Shown here one piece after another: positions 33,997 to 46,349 of a stretch of DNA of 64,000 nucleotides; position 1 is the stretch's first letter; each line of letters opens with the position of its first letter. The DNA is from Gracilinanus agilis (taxonomy: Eukaryota): NCBI RefSeq assembly GCF_016433145.1, contig NC_058133.1, forward strand, positions 249,595,832 through 249,659,831, in the 5' to 3' direction. The translations under genes were made by a program, and so were the position numbers. Below the pieces are notes generated by a model, which saw only the letters and a program-made list of their open reading frames with translations, had not been told where the DNA came from and made no database searches.

Positions 33997-36900
33997 GAGC
34001 TAGTTGGCACAGTGCCTGTCCTGGGGTCAGGAAGACATGAGTTCAAATTTGGCCTCAGACATTTACTAGCTGTATGTTCCTGGGCAAGTCACTTTATCCT
34101 GTTTGTCTCAGTTTCCTGTAAAATGAGCTGTAAAATAGAAGGAAATGGCAAATCATTCTAGTATCTCTACCAAGAAAAGCCCAAATAGTATTATGGAGAG
34201 TCAAACACAACTGAAAACAACAAAGAACAACTACAAAAATATAAATGTTAACTATTATTATTACAAGGGGAAGGTAGCACTCTTGATCTTAACCCTACTT
34301 TCTCTGCAGCCAATCAAGATTACTATCAGCAATGGAGCTTAGAGGAAGGGCAGCCTTGTTCCATGGACATGTCCAGCTATACCCTGGAGGAGTTGGAGCA
34401 CATCACATCTGAATATACTCTCCGAAATCAGGTCAGCCCTTGACTCATCTAATTCCTTTTCCTTCTCATTCCCTTTCTTCTTTTTTTCTTTCAGTTTTTC
34501 CCCCTCCCCTCATCTTAACTTTAATTTTTTCTTCCCTCTTTCTACTTAACTTGTCTTGATTTTCCCTTTCACATACACTTTAGTCCCTTTTTCTATAGAG
34601 TTTCTCTTAAGTGTAAAATGGGGATCATACTATCTCCCAGGGTTGGTTTGAGGACCAAATGAGATACTAGTGATATGCTTAGCCCAGTGGCTGGCACATA
34701 GAAGATGCTATGTAACTGCTTTTCTTCCTGTTTTCTCTTCCTTGTCTTCCTGCTTTTCAGTTGTCTTTTCCTTTTTTGTTAGCCCTATTCTCTACATCCC
34801 TCTTCCTTCCCTTCCCTAGCTAGCGACATACTGACAAACAAGCTGGCCAGCTCCTGACTGTGGCCTTTTTTGTTTTTGTTCTCTTTTCTTTCCAGGATAC
34901 TTTCTCTGTGGCTGTCTCTTTTCTCACTGGCCGGATTGTCTACATTTCGGATCAGGCAGCTGTTCTTCTGCGCTGTAAGAGAGAAGTCTTCCGGGGTGCC
35001 CGGTTCTCAGAACTCTTGGCCCCCCAGGATGTGGGTGTCTTCTATGGCTCCACTGCCCCCTCTCGCCTGCCCACATGGGGCTCTCGGGCCTCTGCTGGTG
35101 AGGACTGGGGAAATCTTGGAGGTGGGGATGGTGCAAGATGTGAAATAAAATAGCAGAGCATGGGCAAGAAACCAGAGCAGGATGGAGAGTTGAATAGACT
35201 GAGATTTCTAGCCAGGGAGGTGAAGGACCTCAAGCATGAAAGAACAAGGGAAGACTCCACCTCCTTGGCTTTAGAGATCTCTTGGAATAGAGAAGTGGTC
35301 TGGGATTTAGAGCCATGATGATGCTGACCCTAGTTCCCTGTCTCTCTCCAGGTTCAGGCCCCATGGATTTCACACAGGAGAAATCAGTCTTCTGCAGGAT
35401 CCGGTAAGTTGGAGAAAAGAACAGAGGAAGATGGGCTTAAAAAAGAAGTTTATGTTATTCAGTCATCACTTTTGACATTCTCTTCACATCTGTCTCTTGG
35501 TTTCAGGGGCCATGAGCCTATGGTTTCGAGTGGTTGGGTTGATAAAGAGTTGAAAAGGAGGAATCCATTCATTCTCCCTATTTCTCCCATTATTTTTTTC
35601 TGATTTCACCATCTCTCCCAAAACCAGAGGTGGCCCAGATCGGGAATCGAGTCCTAGATACCAGCCATTTCGATTAACTCCCTATGTGACCAAAATCCAG
35701 CTCTCAGATGGAGCCCCAGCACAGCCGTGCTGTCTGCTTATTGCTGAACGAATTCACTCTGGCTATGAGGGTGAGTAGAAAGGAATACTGAGGGAAGTGA
35801 ACCAGGGAGGGAAGGAGGCAAAGAGACCTGGGAAATCAAGAAAAAAATTGGATAATAAAAACCAAGGGTATAAAATGTGGCCAAGGAAACTCAGTTCTGT
35901 GCAACAAAAGAAAATGCATCAGGCTTCTAATATTGAAAGAGAGATGGCAAATTTCCATTCATTATTTTTTTCCTTAAGTGTCATTGAAATGCTGTCCTAG
36001 AAAGTCAAGAGGCCTGGTTTTCTAATCTTCCTTCTATTGCTTATTAGTTCTGTGGCTGTAGGAAAGTCTCATATTTTCTTGGGCCTCAGTGGTCTCAACT
36101 ATAAAGTGAGATATAATAAGATTTTCCTAGCTTCAGGCTGGAGGATTGGACCAGATGATCCTTTGAGTTATTTTCAAATTCTAAGATGTGGTTCTAGGAG
36201 GAGAGCAAAGGCTAGGAAATAATGTAGGCCTTAAGAGGCTAGAAAGTAAGAGAGGTTGCTAATGGAGTTATTGCCAGAGAAGACTTGAATATCACTTCTG
36301 CCTTTTCTAGCTCCCAGGATTCCTCCAGACAAGAGGATCTTCACAACACGGCACACTCCCAGCTGTCTGTTCCAAGATGTAGATGAGAGGTAAGGCCTGA
36401 GGGGAGAGAGATCTTTGAAGATACCATAGATGGGATTAGAGTGATGATGAAAGATCCAGGGGACATAAGTAGGACTAGACAATGGGGTCCCCTGGGAATA
36501 TAGAAAGTCAAGGGACTGGGAGCAAACCATGGACTGATGTCTCTTTTGATGATGCCTCACCTTCCAGGGCTGCCCCACTGTTGGGATACTTGCCCCAGGA
36601 CCTGCTCGGTGCACCAGTGCTCCTTTTCTTGCACCCTGAAGATCGACCTCTTATGTTGGCAATCCACAAGAAGAGTAAGTCCTAGAAGGGGGGGCTGACA
36701 TTTTCTTTCCCACTGATAGCACTCTCCCACACGATGCTGTTATTGTCCCCTGTCTCCTTTGGGTCTTATTCTCTAACTGTTAGCCTTTACACTTTCCTGC
36801 CTACCTCTGTGCTTTTTCTTCCTTTCCTTCTTCCAGTAGCTCCTCTCCCAACATACCGATGCCTCTGCCATGCCTTCTCCCTTAGTATTAGAGCCCATAA

Positions 36901-39900
36901 CTAACTCTACTTAATTTGTCACTTCCATAAACCCATTTCCCCTCTTTATCATCCTACAGTCTTGCAGCTATCAGGTCAGCCTTTTGACCACTCTCCCATC
37001 CGGTTCTGTGCCCGAAATGGGGAATATGTCACCATGGACACCAGTTGGGCTGGATTTGTCCATCCCTGGAGCCGAAAAGTGGCCTTTGTTTTGGGCAGAC
37101 ACAAAGTTCGAACGTGAGTATCTTATTATGATGAAGGGATGATGGAGTGAGGAGAGGGAGGAAAGAGAACTGGAGTGGAGCAGTCCAAGGACAAGTAGAC
37201 AGAGAGACTATAAATTTAGGCTGACTTAAAGAATTTGGGGAGCAAGTGGTGAGAGGTGGAATCAAGATTGCTTCTCCAGCATTATAGCTCCACAATCTCT
37301 CCACCTTTTCTTATCTTTCAACCTTTCTAAATTTATTCTCCAACCTCACGATAACTTCTAGTCAGTACTCCTAACCACTTCTTCAGACTGTTGCCCCTGT
37401 TCTAAACTCATTTTCTTCTCTTCAAAACCAATTCAGCTTTCTTTGATGTCCTCTAATCTTGAATTTATTGTTATATTTTTCTAATCATACTTCATCCGTT
37501 TTTATTCACCAATTCTGAATAACTCCTGTTATCTGATCTTTCTATTCCTGGATGCTTCATAAACTCCAATCCTTGGACCTCCTCTCTTCCGTGTTGTTTC
37601 ATTAGCAGCTCTCCTGAATTCATCTTTAATCTCTATGTAAAATGACTCCAAATCTTTATATCCAACCCACATCTCTTTCCTGATCTTCAATCTTGCTTTA
37701 CTATCATGCATGTTGTACATCTCTACCCAGATCTCTACCTATCTTCAATTCAACCTGTCCAAAACAGCACTCATTATCTTTCTCTTTAATCTACCTTCCC
37801 TCCTAATTTCCATATTTCTATTGAGGGCACTATCATTCTTGGTCTAGAAATTGTCCCTAATCCCTAACTCTTCTTTCTTCCTCACTCTCTCTCCCTCCCC
37901 ATTTGATCACTTTGCTAAGAGTTCTTCTTTCTCTGTAGCACCTCTTGCATCCATCTCCTTCTCTCTACTTACACCACAGCCACCCTAATTTAGACCCTTA
38001 TCACTTAGACTAAACCTCCTAATTGGTTTCCCTGCTTCCATTTTCCCCCCTTTTCAGTTCATTTTCCAAATACCTGTCAGTATTCCTCAGTTTGAGGGAC
38101 TGACTCTGTCACCCCCTGGCTTAAAAAGTTTTTGACTGTCCATTTCCTAGAGGGTCAAGTACAAATACCTTAGTTTGAACCAAGGCTCTAAAGCCCTTCA
38201 CATCCTGGATCTGTTTTCTTTACCATGATCATTGGACATTACTCTGTACACTGGCCAGACTAACCTACTTGCTATTCCCTAGCATGACATTCCCATCTCC
38301 TGCCATTATGCCCAGGCTAATCCCCTTGCCTGGAATTCACTACTTGCTGTTCCCTAGCATGACATTCCCATCTCCTGCCATTATGCCCAGGCTAATCCCC
38401 TTGCCTGGAATTCAATCCCTCCTCATATATGCCTGGTTGCCACTTTTCAGTGTCACTCTCTTAATTTATTTTATATATACATGCTATTGTATTTCTTTGC
38501 AAACTTGTGTTTCTTCCAGTAGATTGATTCTCTGTTTACTCCTCCACAGGGCTCCCCTAAATGAGGATGTATTCACTCCCCCAGCCCCTGTCCCAGTCCC
38601 CTCAAGAGGTATGGACCCAGACATCCAGGAGCTGTCGGAGCAGATCCACCGACTACTACTACAGGTAAGAGGAAATAGATGGAAGTATAATGGAAGGACT
38701 GTTGCTGCTCAGTTCCCCTGGCTTTGGAAATTTTAAGCTTTCTCATTACTTGTTTCTCTTTTTCCTCCCTAGCCAGTTCATAGTGTGAGTCCCACAGGGC
38801 TGTGTGGATTAGGCCCTCCAACTTCTCCAGGTCCCTTCTTAAGCCCTGGCTCATCCAGTGACAGCAATGGTGGAGATGCTGATCATCCTGGGCCCCCTGC
38901 TCCAGTAAGTGCCTTCCTAATGATGATGATGAATAAACTAATTGGTATCACCATTCTTATTTGATCACTCCCTCTTTTTGGCCCCTGCTCTTTCTCTTTT
39001 CTCAACAACTGCCTCTTTCTGACTGCCTTTCTCTGTGTCACTCTCTTCTCTTTTTGATACCCTAAATTCAATTTCCCTGCCATTTCCCTCCAGGTGACAT
39101 TCCAGCAGATCTGTAAAGATGTGCATCTTGTGAAGCACCAAGGTCAGCAGCTTTTCATTGACTCTCGATCCCAATCCACCTGGCCCCCATCCTCAGGTGA
39201 GAAAATGACTAGGCTTGGGAGGACCAGGCCAAAACCAAAGGACAATGCCTGAGAAGAATTCACACCTACCATAATTTTCTACTTTTACTGTTCCCAGCCC
39301 CAGATACTCTTAAGACCACCAGTACCCTCCCAGGCAGACCCTTGGAACCAGCCCCTGGACTGAATCCAGTTCAGCCTCTTGTGATCAGTACTGCCCCTGA
39401 GGATTCAGAGAGAAAAGAACCATCCAATTGTTCCTACCAGCAAATCAATTGCCTGGACAGCATTATCCGGTATGGACATTATATCTCTCAGTGCTTCTAA
39501 CTCCCTGAGGAGGGCTCACCTTTTCCTGTCCTCATCTCTCACCCTCTCATCATTTATCATACTGTTCCTTCCCTCACACAACTCCAGCCTGCTTCATTTT
39601 CTCACTCCATCCCCTCAGGTACCTGGAGAGTTGTAATGTCCCCAACACAGTGAAGAGAAAATGTGCCTCCTCCTCCCACACTGCATCCTCCACCTCTGAT
39701 GATGACAGACAGAAGGCAGGCCAGGGTTCTGGAGTTCCAAAGAAAGGTAAAGAAGCCATATACCTCAGCTATGCCTGTCCCCACATCCATAACCATTCTC
39801 TTCCCTCCCCAAGCCTCTCCAACATGGGGCTCTTCTTTTGGGGCCCTTCTTCCTTCTTAATGTTCCTCTATCTTGTTCCTTTTCATCCTCCCCTAACACC

Positions 39901-42900
39901 CTGCCCCACTCCCATCCAATTCTTGATTCCATGCTGTGTCTCTGTTTTCTTCCCCTTTTCCTAGCAGCACATTGTCTCTGATCTGTGGCCATCTTTTTTC
40001 TCTCTTTCTCTCCTTGCTACTTACCAAATTTCCCTTTCTGCTTCTTGATGCTGTTTGCTTTCTATGTGGTGTGGCCCGCTTCTTTTTCCTTTCCCATATG
40101 TTCATATAGATGGTTTTCCCACACTATCTCAAACCTTTTTGGTGGTCCCCTCTACTTTGCCATTTTGGAATCTGCTCCCTAGTTCCCTTATTGCCTCTTC
40201 CATTAATACCTTTCCCTTTCCCATACCCACTACTTCATCTTACTGCACCTTCTAACTGGTGCTTATCTCTCTGCACAGATCCACCAGAAGAGCTGTCTCA
40301 GGAGGGGGCCCCCCTCCAGAAGGAGCCAGTGGTGGGAGGTCCACTGACCCCGCTCACCCTTGCCAATAAGGCGGAGAGTGTGGTATCCATCACAAGTCAG
40401 TGTAGCTTCAGCTCTACTATCGTCCATGTAGGAGACAAGAAGCCCCCGGAGTCGGGTATGGGGGGTGTGGGATATTGAAAAGGGGTGGGCTGGAGCTGGT
40501 TGGCTGGGTGAGTTCTAGGTTTTAATGCTTTTAGAGTGGAGTATTTGTCCCTCTTTTTTCTCCTCCCATGTGGTTTGAAACAATTTCTAATACCATTCTA
40601 GATCAATTTATTGGGGATCTTTTGGGGTCCTAATTGGCATTTTCCCACAACTTTCTGCCTTTTTGAACCTCTTAGTTAATACTCACTCTTACTTTCTTCC
40701 CATCAGTTTAGAGAGTCTCCCTTTCTTCTTCCTTTCAGCCCCAGAATTTAACCCTGTATGCTGTGGCTTCTTATCTGTGGTCTTTCCCTCCTCCCAGTCT
40801 TTGCTTCTCACCCATTTTGTTTACTGTTCTATATTTTCATTAATTGATTGTCCATTAAAATGAATGGGATAGAGGGCAGGAAAATCAAAGATCAGAGAAA
40901 TAACAGTGGGTAGAACTAGGGGAGCAGAAAATGATGCCAGAATATCCTCCAGCATTGACTCTGAAAAAAAAAGTATAACCCCAAAAGAAAGTGGTTTTCC
41001 CATGGTGAGATGGAAAAAGTGATGCTGTAAGGATATCTACTTAATAGGATAAAAACTGATAGAATGATCCAGAACATTCTTCTTTCCTAGAGAGCTTTAT
41101 ATGAGGAAGAAACTTTCACCTAGAACTGAACCCAAGGTCCATTGTCCCACATATGACCAATAGAAATACCTCTGTACTGAAATGTTTGGGGGAGGGAAGG
41201 TGAGGATTCTTGTGAGTGAATAAGGAGCTAGGATAATGACTTGGAAAAGAGAGCCCTATGAAATGAAGAGGATGGAGCAGAAGAGGGGAAACTGGGACAT
41301 TTGAGAAATGAATAGTGTGAGGGTAAAGTCAAAATATGATGCATGAATTGTGTTCTAATTCTTCTACTTCTTTTTGCCCTGTTACAGATATTGTCATGAT
41401 GGAGGAGTTGCCTGGCCTGACCTCTGGTCCAGCTCCCAGTCCAACAATGTCCACTCCTGATCCCACTCCTGATGCCTACCGCCCTGTGGGATTGACCAAA
41501 GCTGTACTGTCACTTCATACACAGAAAGAGGAGCAAGCCTTCCTCACCCGATTTCGGGATCTCAGCAGACTCCGGGTCTTTGATACCCCTTCCACTGGAC
41601 CTTCACCCCTTAATGATCGAGGTAGTTTCACCCTCAGGCCTCTCCCCACAGCCAACTCTTGAATTTACCCCAGAAAAAAATGTTTAAAACAGTAATGTGG
41701 CAGGGCACCTCCAGCTCTAGGAGATGTCGAGTCTGACAAACTCATGTTCATAGTTGTGATGGGAAGAGAGACAAGGTGAGCTTAGGGTAAGAAGAGAGGT
41801 GTTAGATGGGTTTAGGAGAAAGGATATGTTTGTCATTCTCACTTAGAGGGAAAGGGTCCCAGACTGCAGCAGGAGATATTAGTAGAGGAAAACCCCTAAG
41901 GAGGTGTATTCCCTAAAAAATCTTAATCTTTTGGATTGTATTATTTGCCCCTCTATTTCTCCTTCCTCAGTCAGGTAGTCTGATAAACAATCTTTAATAC
42001 TCTTTGGGATAAATTGATTGGAATGGGGCTTGCTTGGGGTCCCGATTGGCATTTCCCCCAATTTTCTGCCCTTTTTTAACTTCTTAGTTAATCCTTGCTT
42101 TTACTTTCTTCCCATCAGTTTAGAGAGTCTCTCCTTCTTCCTCCTTAGGAGGGGTTCTGATCCCAAGTTAGAAGGAAAATTATGAGTAAACCTCCTTACA
42201 GCACCTGACTTCAACTCCCAGAGAATACAAAAGAAAGCTCTGGGGAAATGATACCCCTTCTTGTCGCTGCTAAAGAATATATACCTCCCCTTCCAACATA
42301 CACATACTTTTGCTTTGGAACAATCTTCTCTTGGAGATGGACAGTGGATATTATGATTACTGAAAGGCCTTTGTGGTCATAGAGATTGGATTATAAATCT
42401 CTTTCACCCCCCAGAATGGGGAGAAGATGGAACTGATGGGTGTTGATATCCTACCCACCTCCCTTTTAATCCCTCCCCATTACCAAGGGGTTTGAAGAAA
42501 GAGGAACCGAAGAGGTCGAGTTCCCATCCTACAGGAAAGGGAACTTTAATCCCAGTCAGAGAAGAAGCCAGATGGAAGGATGTAAGGATGACCAATGGCA
42601 GTTACCTATTCTGCGCTCCTCTCAGTCCATGTTGGGCCCTCTCTGATCCTTGCCTGTTACTGTGATCTTTGTTTCTATCTCTGCTCCATATTTTTCCTTC
42701 CCACCTCATATTCAGTTACTGATTTTCCCCCTCTCCCTCTGCCCCCTTTCAGCTCTTTTTCCTCTCTTCAGCTGTAACCTTTTCTGACCTCCTCTTCTTT
42801 ATTCTTACTATTTCTTAATAAATCCCCATTCACCTGTCTCTTCCCTGCCTCCTGTGATTCTTCTCCTGAAGCCTTCTTGTATTTCAGCCCCCTTTTCTCC

Positions 42901-45679
42901 TAGTGTTACTCCTCTCAACCATCCAGACTAGAAAGGGATGGGTCTTTGGACCTTCCTTGGGTGGCATCTCCGTTTGCTTTTATGGCTTTAGGTTGTCAGA
43001 CTAATGGCCACTGTAAAGAACACGACTTCAGGTCAGGAGACTGTCATCCACATATTAATTGCAGTATTTTCTAGCTGTGTGACCCAGGGAAGGATATTTA
43101 ATGCCTCTTAGCTTCAGTTTTCCCATCTGTAAAATCTTAATACTTGAAGTTTCGACTTCATAGGGCTGTTGTGAAGAAAGTGCTTTGTAAACTTTCCAGT
43201 GGTGCATGAATACAAGTAATTGTCATTGTGATGATACTGGTGGGTGATGGGCATTTATCAAAGAGGCAGCAAGTCCACTAATCTCACTCTCTCTTGCCCT
43301 TTCACAGGCTGTTGCCATGGTCCCATTCCTCCTGGCCGCCGGCACCATGGCAAATCCAAAGCCAAACGTTCAAGGCACCATCAGCTCCCTCTTACTGAGG
43401 CCCCTGGCTATACCTCTCATCCTTCCCCAATACCTCCCACCACTCCATGGCCCCCTCAACCCACCCCACCCACCTCTGCTACTTTCCCAACAGTGGTGCA
43501 AACCTACCCATTACCCATTTTTTCAACCAAAGGTTGTCCCCAACCTTCAGCTCCTACCCCATCTCCTTCACCCTTCTCTTCCCCCCTAGTAACTCCTATG
43601 GTGGCTTTGGTCCTACCCAACTATTTATTCCCTTCTCCTCCTACCAGTTACCCCTGTGGGGTACCTCAGACTCTATCAGACAGGCCTCTTACCCCTGCAC
43701 CATGTTCACCTTCCCATACCTTACCTCCTGTGCCACCTAGCCCTACCCAATGTCCAGATTCACCCCTGTTCAACTCACGATGCAGTTCCCCACTCCAGCT
43801 GAATCTACTGCAACTTGAAGAGAATACCCGGGGGGAAGGGGGAGCAACAGTTGGGGAACCTGGGAGCAATTCCAGGCCACCCCCTCTAGGAGAAGCTACA
43901 CAACCAGAGACTGAACTGGTAAGCATCTTCAGTCCCCCACAGACTTTCTTCTTTGCCCTATCCCTTTCCAATGTTTCCATTTCCTTTCTCTTTGGGTCTC
44001 TGCTGTCTCTTATCTTCCATCCCCTTCTAGTTTTTCCCCCTTCTACTCTCACATCAGTCTGTCTTCCCCTCAGCGTCAATACACTTGCACACTTCTCTCA
44101 TGGTTTCCTATCCCTGCCTCCCTCTTTCCCTGTCTCTTCCCATTTCTGTTTTTTGTGCCTTCATCTTTCCTGCTTAGCTTAAGAGTCTGGAGGAAATATA
44201 CTGGAATGTGTCAATTCCTCAAGACCATGGACCTTTTCTCTGTGTATCTCCAGTGCCATAATAGTTGTTTCTTGAATTAGAGAAGCAGCTATTGAGTTTA
44301 GGGTCACTCAAGTATTGAGGGAAAGGAGGAGGGCCATGAAGGCATGTTGGGGAAAATCTTGGCCCACACCCACTGATGGCCTTGAGTGTGATTCCTGGCC
44401 CCATCCTGGTTCTTGCCTAGGTGGAGATGAATGAATCCTCTAACCAGGATGCACTGTCAGGCTCCAGTGACCTATTGGAGCTATTGCTCCAGGAGGATTC
44501 CAGGTCTGGCACTGGCTCTGCTGCATCGGGATCATTGGCTTCTGGCTCTGGCTCTCATGGAGGGAGCACCTCAGCCAGTATAACCCGTAAGTACCTGGAC
44601 CCTTTCTTGGGAGAGGAGCATCCATTGATCATCTTCCTTGAAAATGAACAATTCTGGCTTTCCACCCTTAATCCTCCACTTCCCCCAAAGTCACCTTTCC
44701 CTTCCCCTTTAGGACAAGAAGGTTTGACTTCTCTGACTCTTCTTTTTTCCTTTCCCTTAGGTAGCAGCCAAAGCAGTCATACCAGCAAGTACTTCGGGAG
44801 TATAGACTCCTCTGAGGCTGAGCCAACAGGTGCCCAGGTTGGGGTGGACCCAGGGGCAGGACCTGGGGAGCAAGTCATTAAGTATGTTCTGCAGGATCCC
44901 ATCTGGCTACTCATGGCTAATGCTGACCATAGGGTCATGATGACTTATCAAGTGCCCTCCAGGTAAGAAACCTAAGTAGAGCAAAAGAAGGAGGGGGAAG
45001 ATTAATCTTAGAAGGAGGAGAAGTTGAGGGAAAAGAAGAATAAAATGTGAAGAGGGAAAAAGCTAGGGGATGGCGAGGTTGTGGAGTTTTAGGGTAGAGT
45101 TGGTAAGGTCTTGGGGGGAGTCAGACCCATATATTTCTAAATATCTGGAAGATGTGAGGGGGTAGAATCTGACTTCTAAATCTCTTCTCACAACCTTACT
45201 CTGCCCATCCTTGTAGGGATATGGCTTCAGTACTGCAACAGGACCGAGAGAGGCTCCGTGCCATGCAAAAGCAACAACCTCGATTTTCAGAAGAGCAGCG
45301 GAGAGAACTGGGGGCTGTGCATGCTTGGGTGCGGAAGGGCCAGCTGCCTCGGGCGCTAGACGTGATGGTGAGGAAGTGGGGTTTCAGAGAGAAGGGATAG
45401 CACTTCTAGGGAGGGGAAGTGAAGGGGACTCATGTGAGAGAGGTTTGGGGAAATCCTGACACTGTCTTCTTCCCTCCCTAGGCTTGTGTAGATTGTGGCA
45501 GCAGCACCCCAGATCCCCAGTATCCAGATGACCCCCTCTTCCCTGAACTGGATGGACTGGGGCTAGAGCCAATGGAGGAAGATGGGGGTGGGGCCTCCCC
45601 AGACACTGCCATGGATGAAGAGGAACAAGGTGGGGAGTTATCTACTTCCGAGTTACCTGCTCTGAAAACCGCCAGCTAA
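32573..45679 (+). CDS. PER1: Period circadian protein homolog 1, 1260 aa
   Basis: 22 coding exons: 32573-32853, 33093-33191, 33340-33494, 34310-34431, 34896-35097, 35352-35403, 35628-35770, 36311-36389, 36568-36674, 36960-37113, 38550-38664, 38773-38904, 39094-39196, 39298-39469, 39619-39746, 40279-40455, 41388-41621, 43308-43918, 44421-44586, 44761-44962, 45217-45367, 45482-45679. All GT-AG, sum 3783 nt in frame. Recognised motifs: TSGCSSEQS degron, [26 protein letters not shown]1-binding segments, [13 protein letters not shown] phospho-cassette, [21 protein letters not shown]-binding C-terminus. Confidence 0.97.
33676..33830 (+). mobile_element. Older marsupial SINE in PER1 intron 4
   Basis: Head GCACAGTGGATAGAGCACCAGACCTGGAATCAGGAGG and tail CTGTCTTAGAATTGATACTAAGATAGAAGG followed by an A-rich run. 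Confidence 0.65.
33961..33992. repeat. (TG)16 microsatellite
   Basis: Read directly from the sequence. Confidence 0.95.
33995..34235 (+). mobile_element. MAR1-type SINE in PER1 intron 4
   Basis: Head GGAGCTAGTTGGCACAGTG, CORE GGGCAAGTCACTTTATCC, RTE-like tail GAAGGAAATGGCAAATCATTCTAGTATCTCTACCAAGAAAA...ACAACTGAAAACAACAA. Confidence 0.75.
37440..38520 (+). mobile_element. L2 LINE 3' fragment in PER1 intron 11
   Basis: L2 signatures such as CAACCTGTCCAAAACAGCACTCATTATCTT and CAGCCACCCTAATTTAGACCCTTATCAC. Confidence 0.65.
38265..38414 (+). repeat. Tandem duplication, 2 x 75 bp
   Basis: 38265-38339 and 38340-38414 differ at one position (GCTATTC vs GCTGTTC). Confidence 0.95.
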
Positions 45680-46343
45680 ACTCTCATCTTGGGGCTACTC
45701 AGAGAGAGCCCTGGCCTTACCTCTGTCATTGAAATATGGGAAAGAACAAATGAGAAGCTTCATCCTCTCAAGACAACAACCAGTTTCAGTTTTGAGATTT
45801 GCTTTTGCCTTTCAGGCAGCCAGGGACAAATACACCTGAATATTGGCCCTCTCTAATTGGATAATCACAGTCCTACCTCTTTAGAGACAACTGAGGGTAA
45901 GCAGTTGAGGCTTCTTAGGGACCAGCCAGAGTTAGAGGTCTCCCTCTTCATCCTAAGGAGACAATTCCACCTACAAAGAAGTAAAACCTTCTTAAAAAGT
46001 AGGATGATTTTCTAAATTCCAGCTGAGCAGGAACACAGATTGCTGCTTCAGGTGTGGGAACTCTAACATTACTTATTTATTGGGGAATTCTCCCTGTGTC
46101 TTCTCCTCAGAGGCCTGATTCCCTTCTCATACCCTACACTTGGAGGGAGGGGATGGGAAGGGAAGGGCATTGGGAATGAGGACCAGATCTAGATCCCTAG
46201 CTCCCTTGGGTTGGAGAGAGTAGAGGACTATGGGTCCCTGGTGCTGCTGTCTCTTAGGGTGGGACCCATGTGTCTTAGGCTATGTCTCCCCACCCCTTAG
46301 TGACATTTTTGTGTTTTTGATAGTCATGTCTGTCTTTTTTGAT

Positions 46344-46349
46344 ATAAAA
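46344..46349 (+). terminator. PER1: Candidate non-canonical PER1 polyadenylation signal (TATAAA)
   Basis: I saw no AATAAA between the stop codon and about 47000. TATAAA follows a U-rich tract and precedes TG-rich sequence. Confidence 0.35.

Noticed and set aside
38269-38736. 155-aa ORF with an internal repeat
   Set aside because: It is the 75-bp duplication (a multiple of 3) in L2 sequence running into PER1 exon 12, not a separate gene.
43919-44182. Read-through of PER1 exon 19 into intron 19, giving an 87-aa hydrophobic tail
   Set aside because: CT-rich intron composition explains both the lack of stops and the Phe/Leu/Ser bias. The product would be an NMD target.
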